A stretch of 64,000 nt of DNA from Roseburia sp. AF12-17LB (lineage in GTDB: Bacteria; Bacillota_I; Bacilli_A; RF39; UBA660), in the NCBI GenBank assembly GCA_963607615.1, contig CAVDCT010000010.1:133-64132 (forward strand), given 5' to 3'. Both the position numbers and the translations under genes were made by a program. Under the pieces are notes generated by a model. That model made no database searches. It saw nothing but the letters and a program-made list of their open reading frames with translations, and was not told the origin of the DNA. Shown one piece after another: positions 19,028 through 29,025 of the stretch; within the stretch, counting starts at the first letter, position 1; every line of letters begins with the position of its first letter.

Positions 19028-20176
19028 TTATAATTCGATATTAGAACTTTTAAATTTCTTTTCTAATCTTTTTACTGGTCCTGATTTATCACGTAGGATA
19101 CTAGATATTGATTGTCCATGATGTATCTTATAAATAATATCTGCTACTAGTGGTGAACAATCACATATATGTAACCATTCATTATTTTTATATTCTTCTT
19201 TAATATGAACTAAGTTTGTAGTATAAACTCCTGATAATTTTCCATCTTCATAATATTTTTGAAACTTATCAACACCTCTTACAAATAGAGAGTAAGATAC
19301 AACTAAATATATATTTTTCACACCCTTTTTACTCAGTTCATCAATGACATCAAACATACTTCCACCACTTGAAATCATATCATCACTTACAATAGCAGTA
19401 TATCCTTCAATATTATCATTACCACAATAATCATGAGAAATAATTGGATATTTACCATCTACTAGGTGATTATAATCTCTCTGTTTAACAAAGCTTCCTG
19501 TTTCACGATGTACATAAGGAGAATTAAATGAATTTAAATATACATTTCTTCTTCCAGTAGCACCATTATCTGGCGCTATAAATACAATATTTCTAAGTTG
19601 TTCAACTGGTAAATCATCAATTATATGATTTAAAATAATTTCAGTTGGGAAAACATTATCAAATTCCATATGCTCTATTGCATGTTCAACACTAGGATCA
19701 TGAGCATCAAAAGTACAAAATGATCTAATACCACGATTTTGATCTAATTCACGTAATACTTGTCCGCACATTAAATTTTCTCTAGTATTTCTTCTATGTT
19801 GACGTCCTGCATATAAAGCTGGCATTATAATATTAATATTATCTGCATGACGATTACAAGCACCAATACCATCCTTTAGTTGCATAAGTAAATCATTAGG
19901 TGATGTATGATTTGTATAACCACACATATTATATGTTAATGAATTATTATGTATATCAGTAAGGAAGAAAACATCCTTTTCTCTAACTGTTTCTTTAATC
20001 TCTACTTTTAAGTGACCATCCTCAAAAAATAATTCATTAATAGGAATCATAAAAGTACTATTTTTATCTAAATGATATGAACGACATAATTCTTCATCCA
20101 CCTTTTGTCCTAATTCCATAGCACTCTTAAAAACAATTAATCTAAGTTTTGAATTTTCTACAAGTCTTTTTTCCAC
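19028..20176 (-). CDS. Ribose-phosphate pyrophosphokinase-like phosphoribosyltransferase
   Basis: ..IIMPALYAGRQHRR.. and the PRPP-binding loop ..AIVSDDMISSGGSMFD.. The probable start is GTG 20176, 6 nt after GGAGG (the track uses TTG 20206). A hairpin plus T-run at 19004-19028 overlaps the stop. Confidence 0.75.
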   Translation of the reverse strand: MEKRLVENSKLRLIVFKSAMELGQKVDEELCRSYHLDKNSTFMIPINELFFEDGHLKVEIKETVREKDVFFLTDIHNNSLTYNMCGYTNHTSPNDLLMQLKDGIGACNRHADNINIIMPALYAGRQHRRNTRENLMCGQVLRELDQNRGIRSFCTFDAHDPSVEHAIEHMEFDNVFPTEIILNHIIDDLPVEQLRNIVFIAPDNGATGRRNVYLNSFNSPYVHRETGSFVKQRDYNHLVDGKYPIISHDYCGNDNIEGYTAIVSDDMISSGGSMFDVIDELSKKGVKNIYLVVSYSLFVRGVDKFQKYYEDGKLSGVYTTNLVHIKEEYKNNEWLHICDCSPLVADIIYKIHHGQSISSILRDKSGPVKRLEKKFKSSNIEL

Positions 20177-20248
20177 ATTATACCTCCAATCAACATTATT
20201 ATACAATATTCATAAATGACTTTTAAAGTTATTTTATCTTTTTTTAAT

Positions 20249-20277
20249 AAAAAAAAAGAAATGACCACTCATTTCTT
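20249..20277 (-). terminator. Hairpin plus T-run in the 5' leader of the prs-like gene
   Basis: Minus-strand AAGAAATGA-gtgg-TCATTTCTT followed by a T-run, ~75 nt upstream of the start. Confidence 0.5.
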
Positions 20278-20567
20278 CGTATTACTATGTACTATTAATT
20301 TTTATATTTTTAAATCAATTTAGAAAGATGCTTAAAGTAATAATAATATTACTGGTGACGCATTTTGTTTGACCTTCTATTCATTCCAGTCAAGTTATTT
20401 TCGACTCTTATCAAGTTCTTTGAAATAAAAATTATTTATACATAATAATTATAATAAATGTATTAAGTTAATCAATACATCTATTGCCCCTTCCATTTAC
20501 AATATACTATAAGTTTTAATATAAATCAAATATATATTTTTAATACCTGCTATAAATATATTTTATA

Positions 20568-21878
20568 TCATTTCTTTAATTGATAATTATCTAGTATATT
20601 CTTATTTTTTAATTCTTTTAAAACTATATAAGTACTAGTTGTTAAATAATCTAATTCATATATATTATCATTATAATATATAGCAGTTATTTTTCTTTCA
20701 TAGTCAACCCATATCAATAGCCATAAACCATCTAATTTATTTATTTCATTTATATATTTTTCAAAATAATTATTATATTCAGTAGTATAACTACTAATTA
20801 AAACACGATTAATTAGTTTCTCTTCATAATTATATTGTTTAATATTACTATTAATATTATCACTTATATTTTTGGTAAAATCAGTAGTTACAAAATATTT
20901 CTTTTGATAATCTTTTATATTAATATTTAAATTTAAGCTTTCAAAAAGTTTTTGATCTTCTAAACTATATCTACTACTACATAAATATTCTGTATCAGAT
21001 AATACAGTTAATCCAATTAATAATTTTTCATCAGAATTAAAATTATATATATCTTTAAACAAATCATAGATTAATAGTGCTGTACTAGCATATTCCATTT
21101 CTAATATATTATCAACTTGATAAGATATAATATGATGATCAATAGCGCCTACAACACTACTTTTATCTAAACCATCTAATGTATTATGATCAACTAAAAT
21201 AAATTTTTTATTTTCTAAATCATCAATAACTTCAGGCTCAATATTAAAGTGATCATTAATTAATTTGATATCATTTAAAGAGTATTCGTAGTCACATGAT
21301 AATATACAAAAATGAGCTTTAATAGACATATTATTTAAAATATTACTTAATAAATAGCTAGAAAATAAAGAATCAGCATCTGGATGATTATGTCCTAATA
21401 TATATACTTCATCAGTACTTTCATTAATAATTTTATTTAATATTTCTCGTTTTAATATAGTTCTAGCTTGACATAGTATTTTACCAAAATTATTTTGTCC
21501 ACTACTATCTTTACCTATTCCCCAATAATATTCATCAATAGTTTTTTCTATAATTTCTTCATTACGTGTTTCAATAAGTTTATAAAGTATTTCTTTATTT
21601 TGTCTAAATTTTTCTAATACCCCTTTTAACATAACTTCTTGTTTTATACTTTTAAAATTATCTTTTCTTTTATTATTTCTATCTCTTCCTATATTTGATG
21701 CTTCTTTTGGTGTTTCACAATTTATTATTTTCATACGTATTTTATCATCACTAAATTTTTCTGATTGATAGTAGTGCTCCACAGTTTTATAATAAATTCC
21801 ATCTTTATAAAAACCATAATTAGCATAATTAGCTAAATAACCTAACTCCCCAAATTCTTTATAAAATTCTATAGCCAT
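20568..21878 (-). CDS. NADAR (YbiA-like) domain fused to a DHH-family phosphoesterase domain
   Basis: N-terminal ..YYKTVEHYYQSEKF..EASNIGRD..DEYWGIGKDSSGQNNFGKIL.. (NADAR pattern). C-terminal ..ILGHNHPDADS..VDHN..GAIDHHI.. (DHH motifs). Confidence 0.65.
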   Translation of the reverse strand: MAIEFYKEFGELGYLANYANYGFYKDGIYYKTVEHYYQSEKFSDDKIRMKIINCETPKEASNIGRDRNNKRKDNFKSIKQEVMLKGVLEKFRQNKEILYKLIETRNEEIIEKTIDEYYWGIGKDSSGQNNFGKILCQARTILKREILNKIINESTDEVYILGHNHPDADSLFSSYLLSNILNNMSIKAHFCILSCDYEYSLNDIKLINDHFNIEPEVIDDLENKKFILVDHNTLDGLDKSSVVGAIDHHIISYQVDNILEMEYASTALLIYDLFKDIYNFNSDEKLLIGLTVLSDTEYLCSSRYSLEDQKLFESLNLNINIKDYQKKYFVTTDFTKNISDNINSNIKQYNYEEKLINRVLISSYTTEYNNYFEKYINEINKLDGLWLLIWVDYERKITAIYYNDNIYELDYLTTSTYIVLKELKNKNILDNYQLKK

Positions 21879-21880
21879 AA

Positions 21881-23530
21881 CTACTCCTTTGCTCCTGGAT
21901 ATAAATATTTATCTTTTTCTGTTACTTTTTCATTAATGTTATCAATATTAATAATTTTTCTAAATGATGTTTGACCATTTTTTGATGCTGTATTAAAAAG
22001 TTCTAATTTTTCAATAATAATACTATCATTATATCCACAACTTAAACGCCATACATAATTTTCTTGTTTCATTGTACTACAATGTCTACCATAGTTTCTT
22101 TCATGAGTTGGTGTTAATGGTTCGTTTATACTAGTTGTTAAACCTTTAAATAGATTAATAGCACGACCTAAATTACAAATCATCCCTGTATCTATAGTAA
22201 ATTTAGAATCAAAGAAAGCATCAGATGGATAATTTGCTTCTTTTAAAGCTTCTATATAAATATTAATAAGTGGTATAACATGATTAATAATATATTCATA
22301 TTTATCTAATTTTTCATTTTTCTTATATTCATTAGCAATATTATAACAAATAGAAAGAACTTCTAAAACATCATTCCATGTTGAATTTTGATACTTATCT
22401 CTTAAAGTCATTCCATGACCTTGTTTAAACTCACAAATAGCATTTAAAAAGAAACGTTCTGTTATAATATATCCAGATTTTCTTCTTTTAGTTTCAGGAT
22501 AAATATTAAATCCGTAATTACCTGTATTTTCTAATCTTGGATTAATAGAGTAATACTGTCCGTCATTATTATTAAATTTATATACTTCACAAGTTCTAAT
22601 TGGTTTCATATCATTATTAATTAAATACTCTAATAATTGTTTTTCATTATCAACTATAAATGGTAAATGATATTCTTTAAAATAAACTGGTTTTTCTGAC
22701 AAAGTTAAAGCATGTGTATAAGGATCACTTACAAAAGATTCGTTTAAAACTACATTTTTATCAATTGATATAAATAGATAATTTCCTGTAGCAAGTACCA
22801 TATGGTCATTAAATTTACTAATAATAACGCAACTATTTACTACTAATGGATTATATCTTAATTCAACACACATCTTACGAGAACCTGTACCAAATTTATC
22901 ATAATATGGTTTATATATTTTCAAAAAATTACTTATATCATGTTGATATTCTTCTAAGCTAGTATTAGAATTCTTATCTTCATATACTCTACCATATTGA
23001 CTAATAGATAAACGAACTCCAGCTAAAGCCATAATTAAATTACTAGATGCTATAAATTTATGCATTTCATTTAATCTTAAATTATGACGACTAAATCCAA
23101 CAGTTGATATTCTAGTTTTAACACCTAATTCTTTATAACCTAATTCAATAAATTTATCAAGATATGGGTAACTACCAATATCATTATCAAGATATGGAAA
23201 AATAACACCTAATCGATGTTCAAAACGATTCCAAGCTAGTAGTGGTTCATCATGTGTATAATTTAAAGCTGCATATTTAATAGCACTAATAATGTTTCTA
23301 ATAGTAGATTCATTCCAATGCTCACTTTTACAAACAGAAAACTTACTACAAAAACTACAATTATTAAAGCATCCAATTTGTGGTTGAAAATGTCTCATAC
23401 GTGATAAGAAATCACTTGGTAAAGTTATAAATGTATCATATAATTCTTTTCTTATTTTATACTCATTATCAGAAATAGTTTTTTCATCATTAAGCAAAAA
23501 GTTCACATTATACCCCCTCTTTATGCTCAT
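21881..23530 (-). CDS. Radical SAM protein of unknown function (549 aa)
   Basis: CxxxCxxC cluster in ..QPQIGCFNNCSFCSKF.. The family is not recognisable by eye. It overlaps the LysR gene by 23 nt. Confidence 0.65.
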   Translation of the reverse strand: MSIKRGYNVNFLLNDEKTISDNEYKIRKELYDTFITLPSDFLSRMRHFQPQIGCFNNCSFCSKFSVCKSEHWNESTIRNIISAIKYAALNYTHDEPLLAWNRFEHRLGVIFPYLDNDIGSYPYLDKFIELGYKELGVKTRISTVGFSRHNLRLNEMHKFIASSNLIMALAGVRLSISQYGRVYEDKNSNTSLEEYQHDISNFLKIYKPYYDKFGTGSRKMCVELRYNPLVVNSCVIISKFNDHMVLATGNYLFISIDKNVVLNESFVSDPYTHALTLSEKPVYFKEYHLPFIVDNEKQLLEYLINNDMKPIRTCEVYKFNNNDGQYYSINPRLENTGNYGFNIYPETKRRKSGYIITERFFLNAICEFKQGHGMTLRDKYQNSTWNDVLEVLSICYNIANEYKKNEKLDKYEYIINHVIPLINIYIEALKEANYPSDAFFDSKFTIDTGMICNLGRAINLFKGLTTSINEPLTPTHERNYGRHCSTMKQENYVWRLSCGYNDSIIIEKLELFNTASKNGQTSFRKIINIDNINEKVTEKDKYLYPGAKE

Positions 23531-24407
23531 TTAAATAATCAATAAATTTAGAAAGTGCTACTGTTTCAAATTCTTCTAAATAAACAGCACACACCTCAAC
23601 AGATGGTAAAGTATCATTAAAAGTAATTACTTCAAAATTATCTTTATCATTTTGTATATCAATAACACTTTTAATAAAATATCCAATACCTACTCCACGT
23701 CTTACTAATTCTATCATCAGCTCTGTTGTCCAAGATTCAATAGCAGGATTTAAAGTAACCTTATTACTATCCATATACTCTTCTAGTTGCACTCTTATTG
23801 ATGAAGTAGCACTAGGTAAAATAAGAGGATAATTTTTTAAATCATTAACATTATTAATTTTACAATCAGGCATACTCTTTTTATTATATGCAAAACAATT
23901 TACTAGACGAGATAAACCTATTTTTTTTACTACTTTATTAGTTGTATTAATAGGTAAAGTATCGATTACTAAATCAATTTTTCGCATTTCTAACATTTCT
24001 ACTAAATCAGAAGTAGATTTACTTATAATCTCAAACTTAATACCAGGATATAATTTACGAAATTCAGATATAAATGAAGATAAATAGAAAATAGCTATAT
24101 GAGAAGGAACACCAATTTTAATATCTCCAATATTCATACTATTTAAATTTTTAATATGATCTTCACCACTTTTAATTATATTAAAAGCTGTAGAAATATA
24201 AGTATATAACTCCCTAGCCTCCATAGTTGGTTCTATTCCTTTAGAATTACGATAAAACAAACTATATCCCAATTCTTTTTCTAATTCTTTTAAACTATAA
24301 CTAATAGCAGGCTGTGATACATATAAGCTATTAGCAGTCTTTGATATACTTTTTAATTCATATAAAGTCAAGAAAATTTTATATAAGTTTAAATCTCTAT
24401 CTTCCAT
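23508..24407 (-). CDS. LysR-family transcriptional regulator
   Basis: N-terminal wHTH ..SISKTANSLYVSQPAISYSLKELEKELG.., 299 aa, with a C-terminal substrate-binding-type region. Confidence 0.9.
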   Translation of the reverse strand: MEDRDLNLYKIFLTLYELKSISKTANSLYVSQPAISYSLKELEKELGYSLFYRNSKGIEPTMEARELYTYISTAFNIIKSGEDHIKNLNSMNIGDIKIGVPSHIAIFYLSSFISEFRKLYPGIKFEIISKSTSDLVEMLEMRKIDLVIDTLPINTTNKVVKKIGLSRLVNCFAYNKKSMPDCKINNVNDLKNYPLILPSATSSIRVQLEEYMDSNKVTLNPAIESWTTELMIELVRRGVGIGYFIKSVIDIQNDKDNFEVITFNDTLPSVEVCAVYLEEFETVALSKFIDYLNEHKEGV

Positions 24408-24557
24408 AGCTCAACACCTCAGGCGCTATTATATAACATTTTTATATATAATACAAATTATATAAGTATAAATTATATAGTTAATGTAAATAATATAACT
24501 TTATTATTGAATATATATAAACATTAAAGTATAATGTTATTAAAGTAAGGTGAAAAT

Positions 24558-26249
24558 ATGGTGAATAAAATATCTAGTTTAGAAGATCTAAGTAATCTAA
24601 TCATTCAAGGTATAGATCCTAATTGGTCGAATTTAAAAAAGATTAGATATGTATACTTAACTTTAGGAAAATATTTAGAAAAAAATACAGACTTTTTTCT
24701 ATCAGTTGATGGTAAATTAAAAGAATTAAATTTATCCAATGAACGTTTAGAAGAATTATATAATAGTTTGCCAAATGTATTAGATCAAGACTGGTATAAA
24801 GTAATATGTCGCTCTGCTGCTTCAATACTACAATATTGTTTAGATAAAATAGGAATTAAATCAAAGCTAATTAAGAGTACAGACTCATCATTAACACATG
24901 ATGAAAGTATGGAAATTAATCACTGGTTTTTAGCAGTTGAAGATAATGATAAAACATACTTTTTATCACTAGCTGCTGATTTAGCCAATATAAAAAATGG
25001 TTTTAAAACAGAACACTTCGCACGTTATATATCATATAAAAAAGTAAATAAAGATACAGGAGAAAAGGTTCAAGTATATGAAGGAGAAAAAATAAATGAA
25101 ACTGAAGTAAGTGAAGACGTTCTTTATCAATTAGATTCAGAATTAGGATATATTAGAAATGAGATAGTATTAGATAAGGATCTTTACCTAACACAAAAAA
25201 AGAAAGTTGAAAAAGGTAGTCATTTAGTATATGATGATTTCTTCTTTGACTATATAGTATATAAGCAAAAAAATAATAGTTGGTTTTTAGAATTAGAAGG
25301 ACAAAAAACAGATTTTTATCAAGAAATATATCAAGCAATTCCATATAATTTTAGAAGCGCTACTGAAAGTGATTATGAATATTTCATTAATAAAACTTTA
25401 GAACTATGTACAGAACAAGTTAACATTTTAATAAATAATTTAGTTGATAAATATCACCATAAATATCCAACAAACGATGAAACATTATGGAGAAAAACAT
25501 TAATAGATTTAATTAAGCAACGAAACCTACCTACAACATATCAAAATGATATTGAATTAAAGAACATAAGAAAAATGGTAGAAGATGTCAAAATTTTAAC
25601 TAAAATAAAAATTCCAAGATTTTTAGAAAAAATTAACAGCGAAAATTACCAAATAACAGATGAGGATATTAAATATATTAAAGAAATTATTCAAACGTCT
25701 GTTATTAATATATCTTTTTACTTTATTGATAAACAAGATTTACTAGAAAGAAAATATAATAATAAAATAAGTAATTCGTATTTAGCAACTAAATTTTTGA
25801 CACTATTCAGTAAAATTTTCAATTGTAATGAGCATGTTGAAGGGTTTAATCGTTTAAGTTATAGTGAACAAAAAGAAATAATCCTTAAAGTAATTCCTGT
25901 CATTTTTGAGGATGATAGTATATCTGAGAAAATCGGAAGAGCAAGATTTTTAGGTAATGATGATGAGTATAAAGGCTCAAAAAAGCCAATTTTAAATATT
26001 ATTCGTCTGTATACAATAAAAAATAAAGACGATGGTTCTTATTGTACAATTTTTCATTTTCCTAACTATGAAAATGGTAGTGATATTGAAAATGAAATAT
26101 TTATAAAATTTGATATTCAAAATAATACATTAACATTATTAAGATCAACAGAATTAGTTAGATTAAGCCAAGATTACATGATTATCAGTGAAACGTTAAA
26201 TTCTAGAATAAAAGATATAGAAAATATGGAAAGTGGTATTCAAAAATAA
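24558..26249 (+). CDS. Hypothetical protein with a possible transglutaminase-like Cys-His-Asp core
   Basis: ..VICRSAASILQYCLDKIGIKSKLI..EINHWFLAVEDNDKTYFLSLAADL.. It is divergent from the LysR gene and has the RBS AAGGTGA. Confidence 0.4.
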   Translation: MVNKISSLEDLSNLIIQGIDPNWSNLKKIRYVYLTLGKYLEKNTDFFLSVDGKLKELNLSNERLEELYNSLPNVLDQDWYKVICRSAASILQYCLDKIGIKSKLIKSTDSSLTHDESMEINHWFLAVEDNDKTYFLSLAADLANIKNGFKTEHFARYISYKKVNKDTGEKVQVYEGEKINETEVSEDVLYQLDSELGYIRNEIVLDKDLYLTQKKKVEKGSHLVYDDFFFDYIVYKQKNNSWFLELEGQKTDFYQEIYQAIPYNFRSATESDYEYFINKTLELCTEQVNILINNLVDKYHHKYPTNDETLWRKTLIDLIKQRNLPTTYQNDIELKNIRKMVEDVKILTKIKIPRFLEKINSENYQITDEDIKYIKEIIQTSVINISFYFIDKQDLLERKYNNKISNSYLATKFLTLFSKIFNCNEHVEGFNRLSYSEQKEIILKVIPVIFEDDSISEKIGRARFLGNDDEYKGSKKPILNIIRLYTIKNKDDGSYCTIFHFPNYENGSDIENEIFIKFDIQNNTLTLLRSTELVRLSQDYMIISETLNSRIKDIENMESGIQK

Positions 26250-26279
26250 AACATTAGATTAGTTATCTAATGTTTTTTC
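26250..26279 (+). terminator. Terminator hairpin between convergent genes
   Basis: AACATTAGAT-tagtt-ATCTAATGTT followed by TTTT. It overlaps the stop of the minus-strand ORF 26267-26659. Confidence 0.55.
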
Positions 26280-26659
26280 ATAGTTATTATTGAAGATGAA
26301 TCTTGCTCTATATATGAACGAATTAAATTATAATCTTGTAATTTAACGGTTTCTATAAATTTAGGATTATTTAAACTATCAGTATTTAATTTATTATATT
26401 TATATTCTGAATACATCCATTTTTTTAAAAAGGTCATAAACTTTTTCAACTCTTCGTCTGTTACCGTTCTAGATTCTATTTGATAATTGCCTAATAAAGT
26501 CATTAAACCAATTATTTTATTAACCGCAACTTGATCACCTTTTTGACAAAGTAAATAGCATGCTGTTGCAATATTAGTATTATCAACTAAATCGAAAATA
26601 AAAGCGTTATCATATTCAGGAAGCATAATCTTTACAACATCAAAGTTTTCATTGTTCAT
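26267..26659 (-). CDS. Hypothetical protein (130 aa)
   Basis: ORF with the RBS GAGGTGAT. No recognisable motif. Confidence 0.4.
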   Translation of the reverse strand: MNNENFDVVKIMLPEYDNAFIFDLVDNTNIATACYLLCQKGDQVAVNKIIGLMTLLGNYQIESRTVTDEELKKFMTFLKKWMYSEYKYNKLNTDSLNNPKFIETVKLQDYNLIRSYIEQDSSSIITMKKH

Positions 26660-26724
26660 GAAATCACCTCTAAACTAGTACGATTGTATATTATATTTAA
26701 AAATTTGTCAAATTATAAATTAAT

Positions 26725-27384
26725 TTATTGTAAATAAATTCTTACTGTTTCTCCTTCTTGTATTTTTGTACCAGCCTCTGGAGATTGATATAACACCTTT
26801 CCACTACCATCAATTTTAACATTAAATCCTTTTAAAGATTTTTGTGCGTCTTTTAATTCCATACCAACAACATTAGGTATTTCAATATATTTCTTATCTA
26901 AATAAGTATATTCTTTTTCAATAGATCCTGTTCTTTTCTCAATACCTAAAATATCTATTATTGACGTCATAATATTTTTAGCAAGTGGTGCTGCTACTGT
27001 TCCTCCATATTGAGTAACACCTTTAGCATTATCAACAGCAACATAAACAACTACTTCAGGATCATCAGCAGGTAATATTCCAATAAAAGAAGTTATATAA
27101 TTACCTACCATATATTTACCATCACTAACTTTCTGAGCTGTTCCTGTTTTACCACCTACTCTATAATCTGCAATATAAGCATTATGTCCTGTACCACGTG
27201 CTACAACACTTTCTAATGCATATTTAACTTTTTTACTTGTTTCACTACTTATAACACTTCTTACCTTTGTTGGAGTATTTTGCAAAATAACTTGATTAGT
27301 TTCTGGATCATTAATACTTTTAACAATATATGGTTTATAAAGAGTTCCACCATTAACAGCAGCACTAACGGCTGTTATTTGTTG
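26725..27384 (-). CDS. 3' segment of the interrupted class B penicillin-binding protein gene (KTG motif plus one PASTA domain)
   Basis: In-frame sequence upstream of the track ORF reads (SI)QQITAVSAAVNGGTLYKPYIVKSINDPETNQVILQNTPTKV.. It then contains ..GGKTGTAQKV.. and a C-terminal PASTA-like ..IPNVVGMELKDAQKSLKGFNVKIDGSG.. This segment has no start codon of its own. Confidence 0.85.
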   Translation of the reverse strand, partial: QQITAVSAAVNGGTLYKPYIVKSINDPETNQVILQNTPTKVRSVISSETSKKVKYALESVVARGTGHNAYIADYRVGGKTGTAQKVSDGKYMVGNYITSFIGILPADDPEVVVYVAVDNAKGVTQYGGTVAAPLAKNIMTSIIDILGIEKRTGSIEKEYTYLDKKYIEIPNVVGMELKDAQKSLKGFNVKIDGSGKVLYQSPEAGTKIQEGETVRIYLQ

Positions 27385-29014
27385 TATAGAGGTCTAATAA
27401 ATGAAACTTTTTGCCTAAATTATCAGAAGTAGTATATACACTTTCTCCTGTCTTAATAAAAATATCTAATTTAATCCCTCTATCACTTTGCTTGTGAACT
27501 ATTATTTTATCTATTAATTCATTAAATACATCACTATAACATTTATCATCTTCTAAACACTTCTCTAATGCATTTCTAAGTTTCTCAATTTTATTTTCTA
27601 TATAATTTTTATCTTCCTTATTGTTTTTTAATTCATCCATTTTATTTTGATAAATCATTAAATCTTCATTTATTAAATCTACTTGTTTTTTATAATCGTC
27701 TTTAGATAAGTATTCTTCCATAACTAATTCTAATAATTTATCTTTTTTATTATTTAAAACTATTATTTTAGATTCTAAACTTTTTATTTCTATTTCATTA
27801 TTATTAGTTTCTAAATAATTCTTACACTCATTTAATATCTCATCAAATATATTATTTCTTCTTTTAAATAATTTATTAAACATATCTTTAAAAACTTCAT
27901 CAAGTTCTAGTTCAAATACTCTAGGATTAGAACACCCTTTTAAACTTTCTTTCCGATATACTTGACATTCCCATACAGGATTATTTTTTCTTTTTCCAGC
28001 ACTTGATCTATGATAAGTTAAATTATGGCAGCCACAATATATTTTTCCTGAATATGTATATCTATTTTGAAATACTGCTTTATTAACTGCACGATTTGTA
28101 AAACTATCTTGTCGTTGCTTTAGTTTAATATTAGCTCGTTCCCATAGTCCTTCAGATACTATTGGTGGAACATTATCATAATCTTTGTATATTATCCAAT
28201 CAGATTCATTTAATCTTTTCTTTTGCTTAGTACGATAATCTAATACTTTTGATTTATGTCCACAATAATACCCTTTATATTTAGGATTTTCTATAATTCT
28301 AGTTAGTATTGTAGTATCGATTCTTTTTCCTGTTCTACTTTTGTAACCTATACTATATAAATATCTTGATACTTTAGATAATCCATCAGTAGTATTAGCA
28401 TATCTATCAAATATTATTTTAATCATTTCTGCTTGTTCTTCATCAATTACTAATTTTCCTTTATCTTTTACATAACCATAAATATTAGAGCAACCTAGTA
28501 CCACACCATTATCAATACTTCTTTTCATACCAAATGAAACTCTTTCAGATAGTCTTCTTACTTCATCTTGAGCAATACTAGACATCATGGTAAGTCTAAG
28601 TTCAGAGTCAGGTAATATTGTATTAATATTATCATTTAGAAAATATACACCAACACCATTAGATAATAATTCTTGTGTATACATAATACTATCTAATGTA
28701 CTTCTTGAAAATCTTGATATTTCTTTAGTTAATATTAAATCAAATTTGTGTCTTTTAGCATCTTCAATCATTCTTAAAAATTCTTCTCTTTTTTTAACTT
28801 GTGTACCTGATATACCTTCATCAATATATGAACCTATAAAGCACCAGTTAGGAACTTTACTAATATATTCATTAAAGAAAGATATTTGACTTTGCAAAGA
28901 ATGTAATTGTTCATCTTTATCAGTTGATACTCTTGCATAAAAACATACTCTTAAATTTAATTCTTGTAGTGGAACACCTTTCATAATATTATTCCTAACT
29001 GTATATAAGTCCAT
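27365..29014 (-). CDS. Large serine recombinase
   Basis: ..RVCFYARVSTDKDEQLHSLQSQ.. (resolvase catalytic Ser), ..LTKEISRFSRS.., a recombinase domain, a Cys-rich zinc ribbon (CGCHNLTYH..WECQ..GCSN) and a C-terminal coiled coil. Start ATG 29014 is 7 nt after AGGAGG. The last 7 codons and the stop lie beyond the element boundary. Confidence 0.9.
   Translation of the reverse strand: MDLYTVRNNIMKGVPLQELNLRVCFYARVSTDKDEQLHSLQSQISFFNEYISKVPNWCFIGSYIDEGISGTQVKKREEFLRMIEDAKRHKFDLILTKEISRFSRSTLDSIMYTQELLSNGVGVYFLNDNINTILPDSELRLTMMSSIAQDEVRRLSERVSFGMKRSIDNGVVLGCSNIYGYVKDKGKLVIDEEQAEMIKIIFDRYANTTDGLSKVSRYLYSIGYKSRTGKRIDTTILTRIIENPKYKGYYCGHKSKVLDYRTKQKKRLNESDWIIYKDYDNVPPIVSEGLWERANIKLKQRQDSFTNRAVNKAVFQNRYTYSGKIYCGCHNLTYHRSSAGKRKNNPVWECQVYRKESLKGCSNPRVFELELDEVFKDMFNKLFKRRNNIFDEILNECKNYLETNNNEIEIKSLESKIIVLNNKKDKLLELVMEEYLSKDDYKKQVDLINEDLMIYQNKMDELKNNKEDKNYIENKIEKLRNALEKCLEDDKCYSDVFNELIDKIIVHKQSDRGIKLDIFIKTGESVYTTSDNLGKKFHLLDLYTTNNSR
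27392..27404. repeat. Terminal inverted repeat, recombinase end (attL side)
   Basis: GTCTAATAAATGA, the exact reverse complement of 44230-44242. Confidence 0.8.
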
Positions 29015-29025
29015 AATCACACCTC

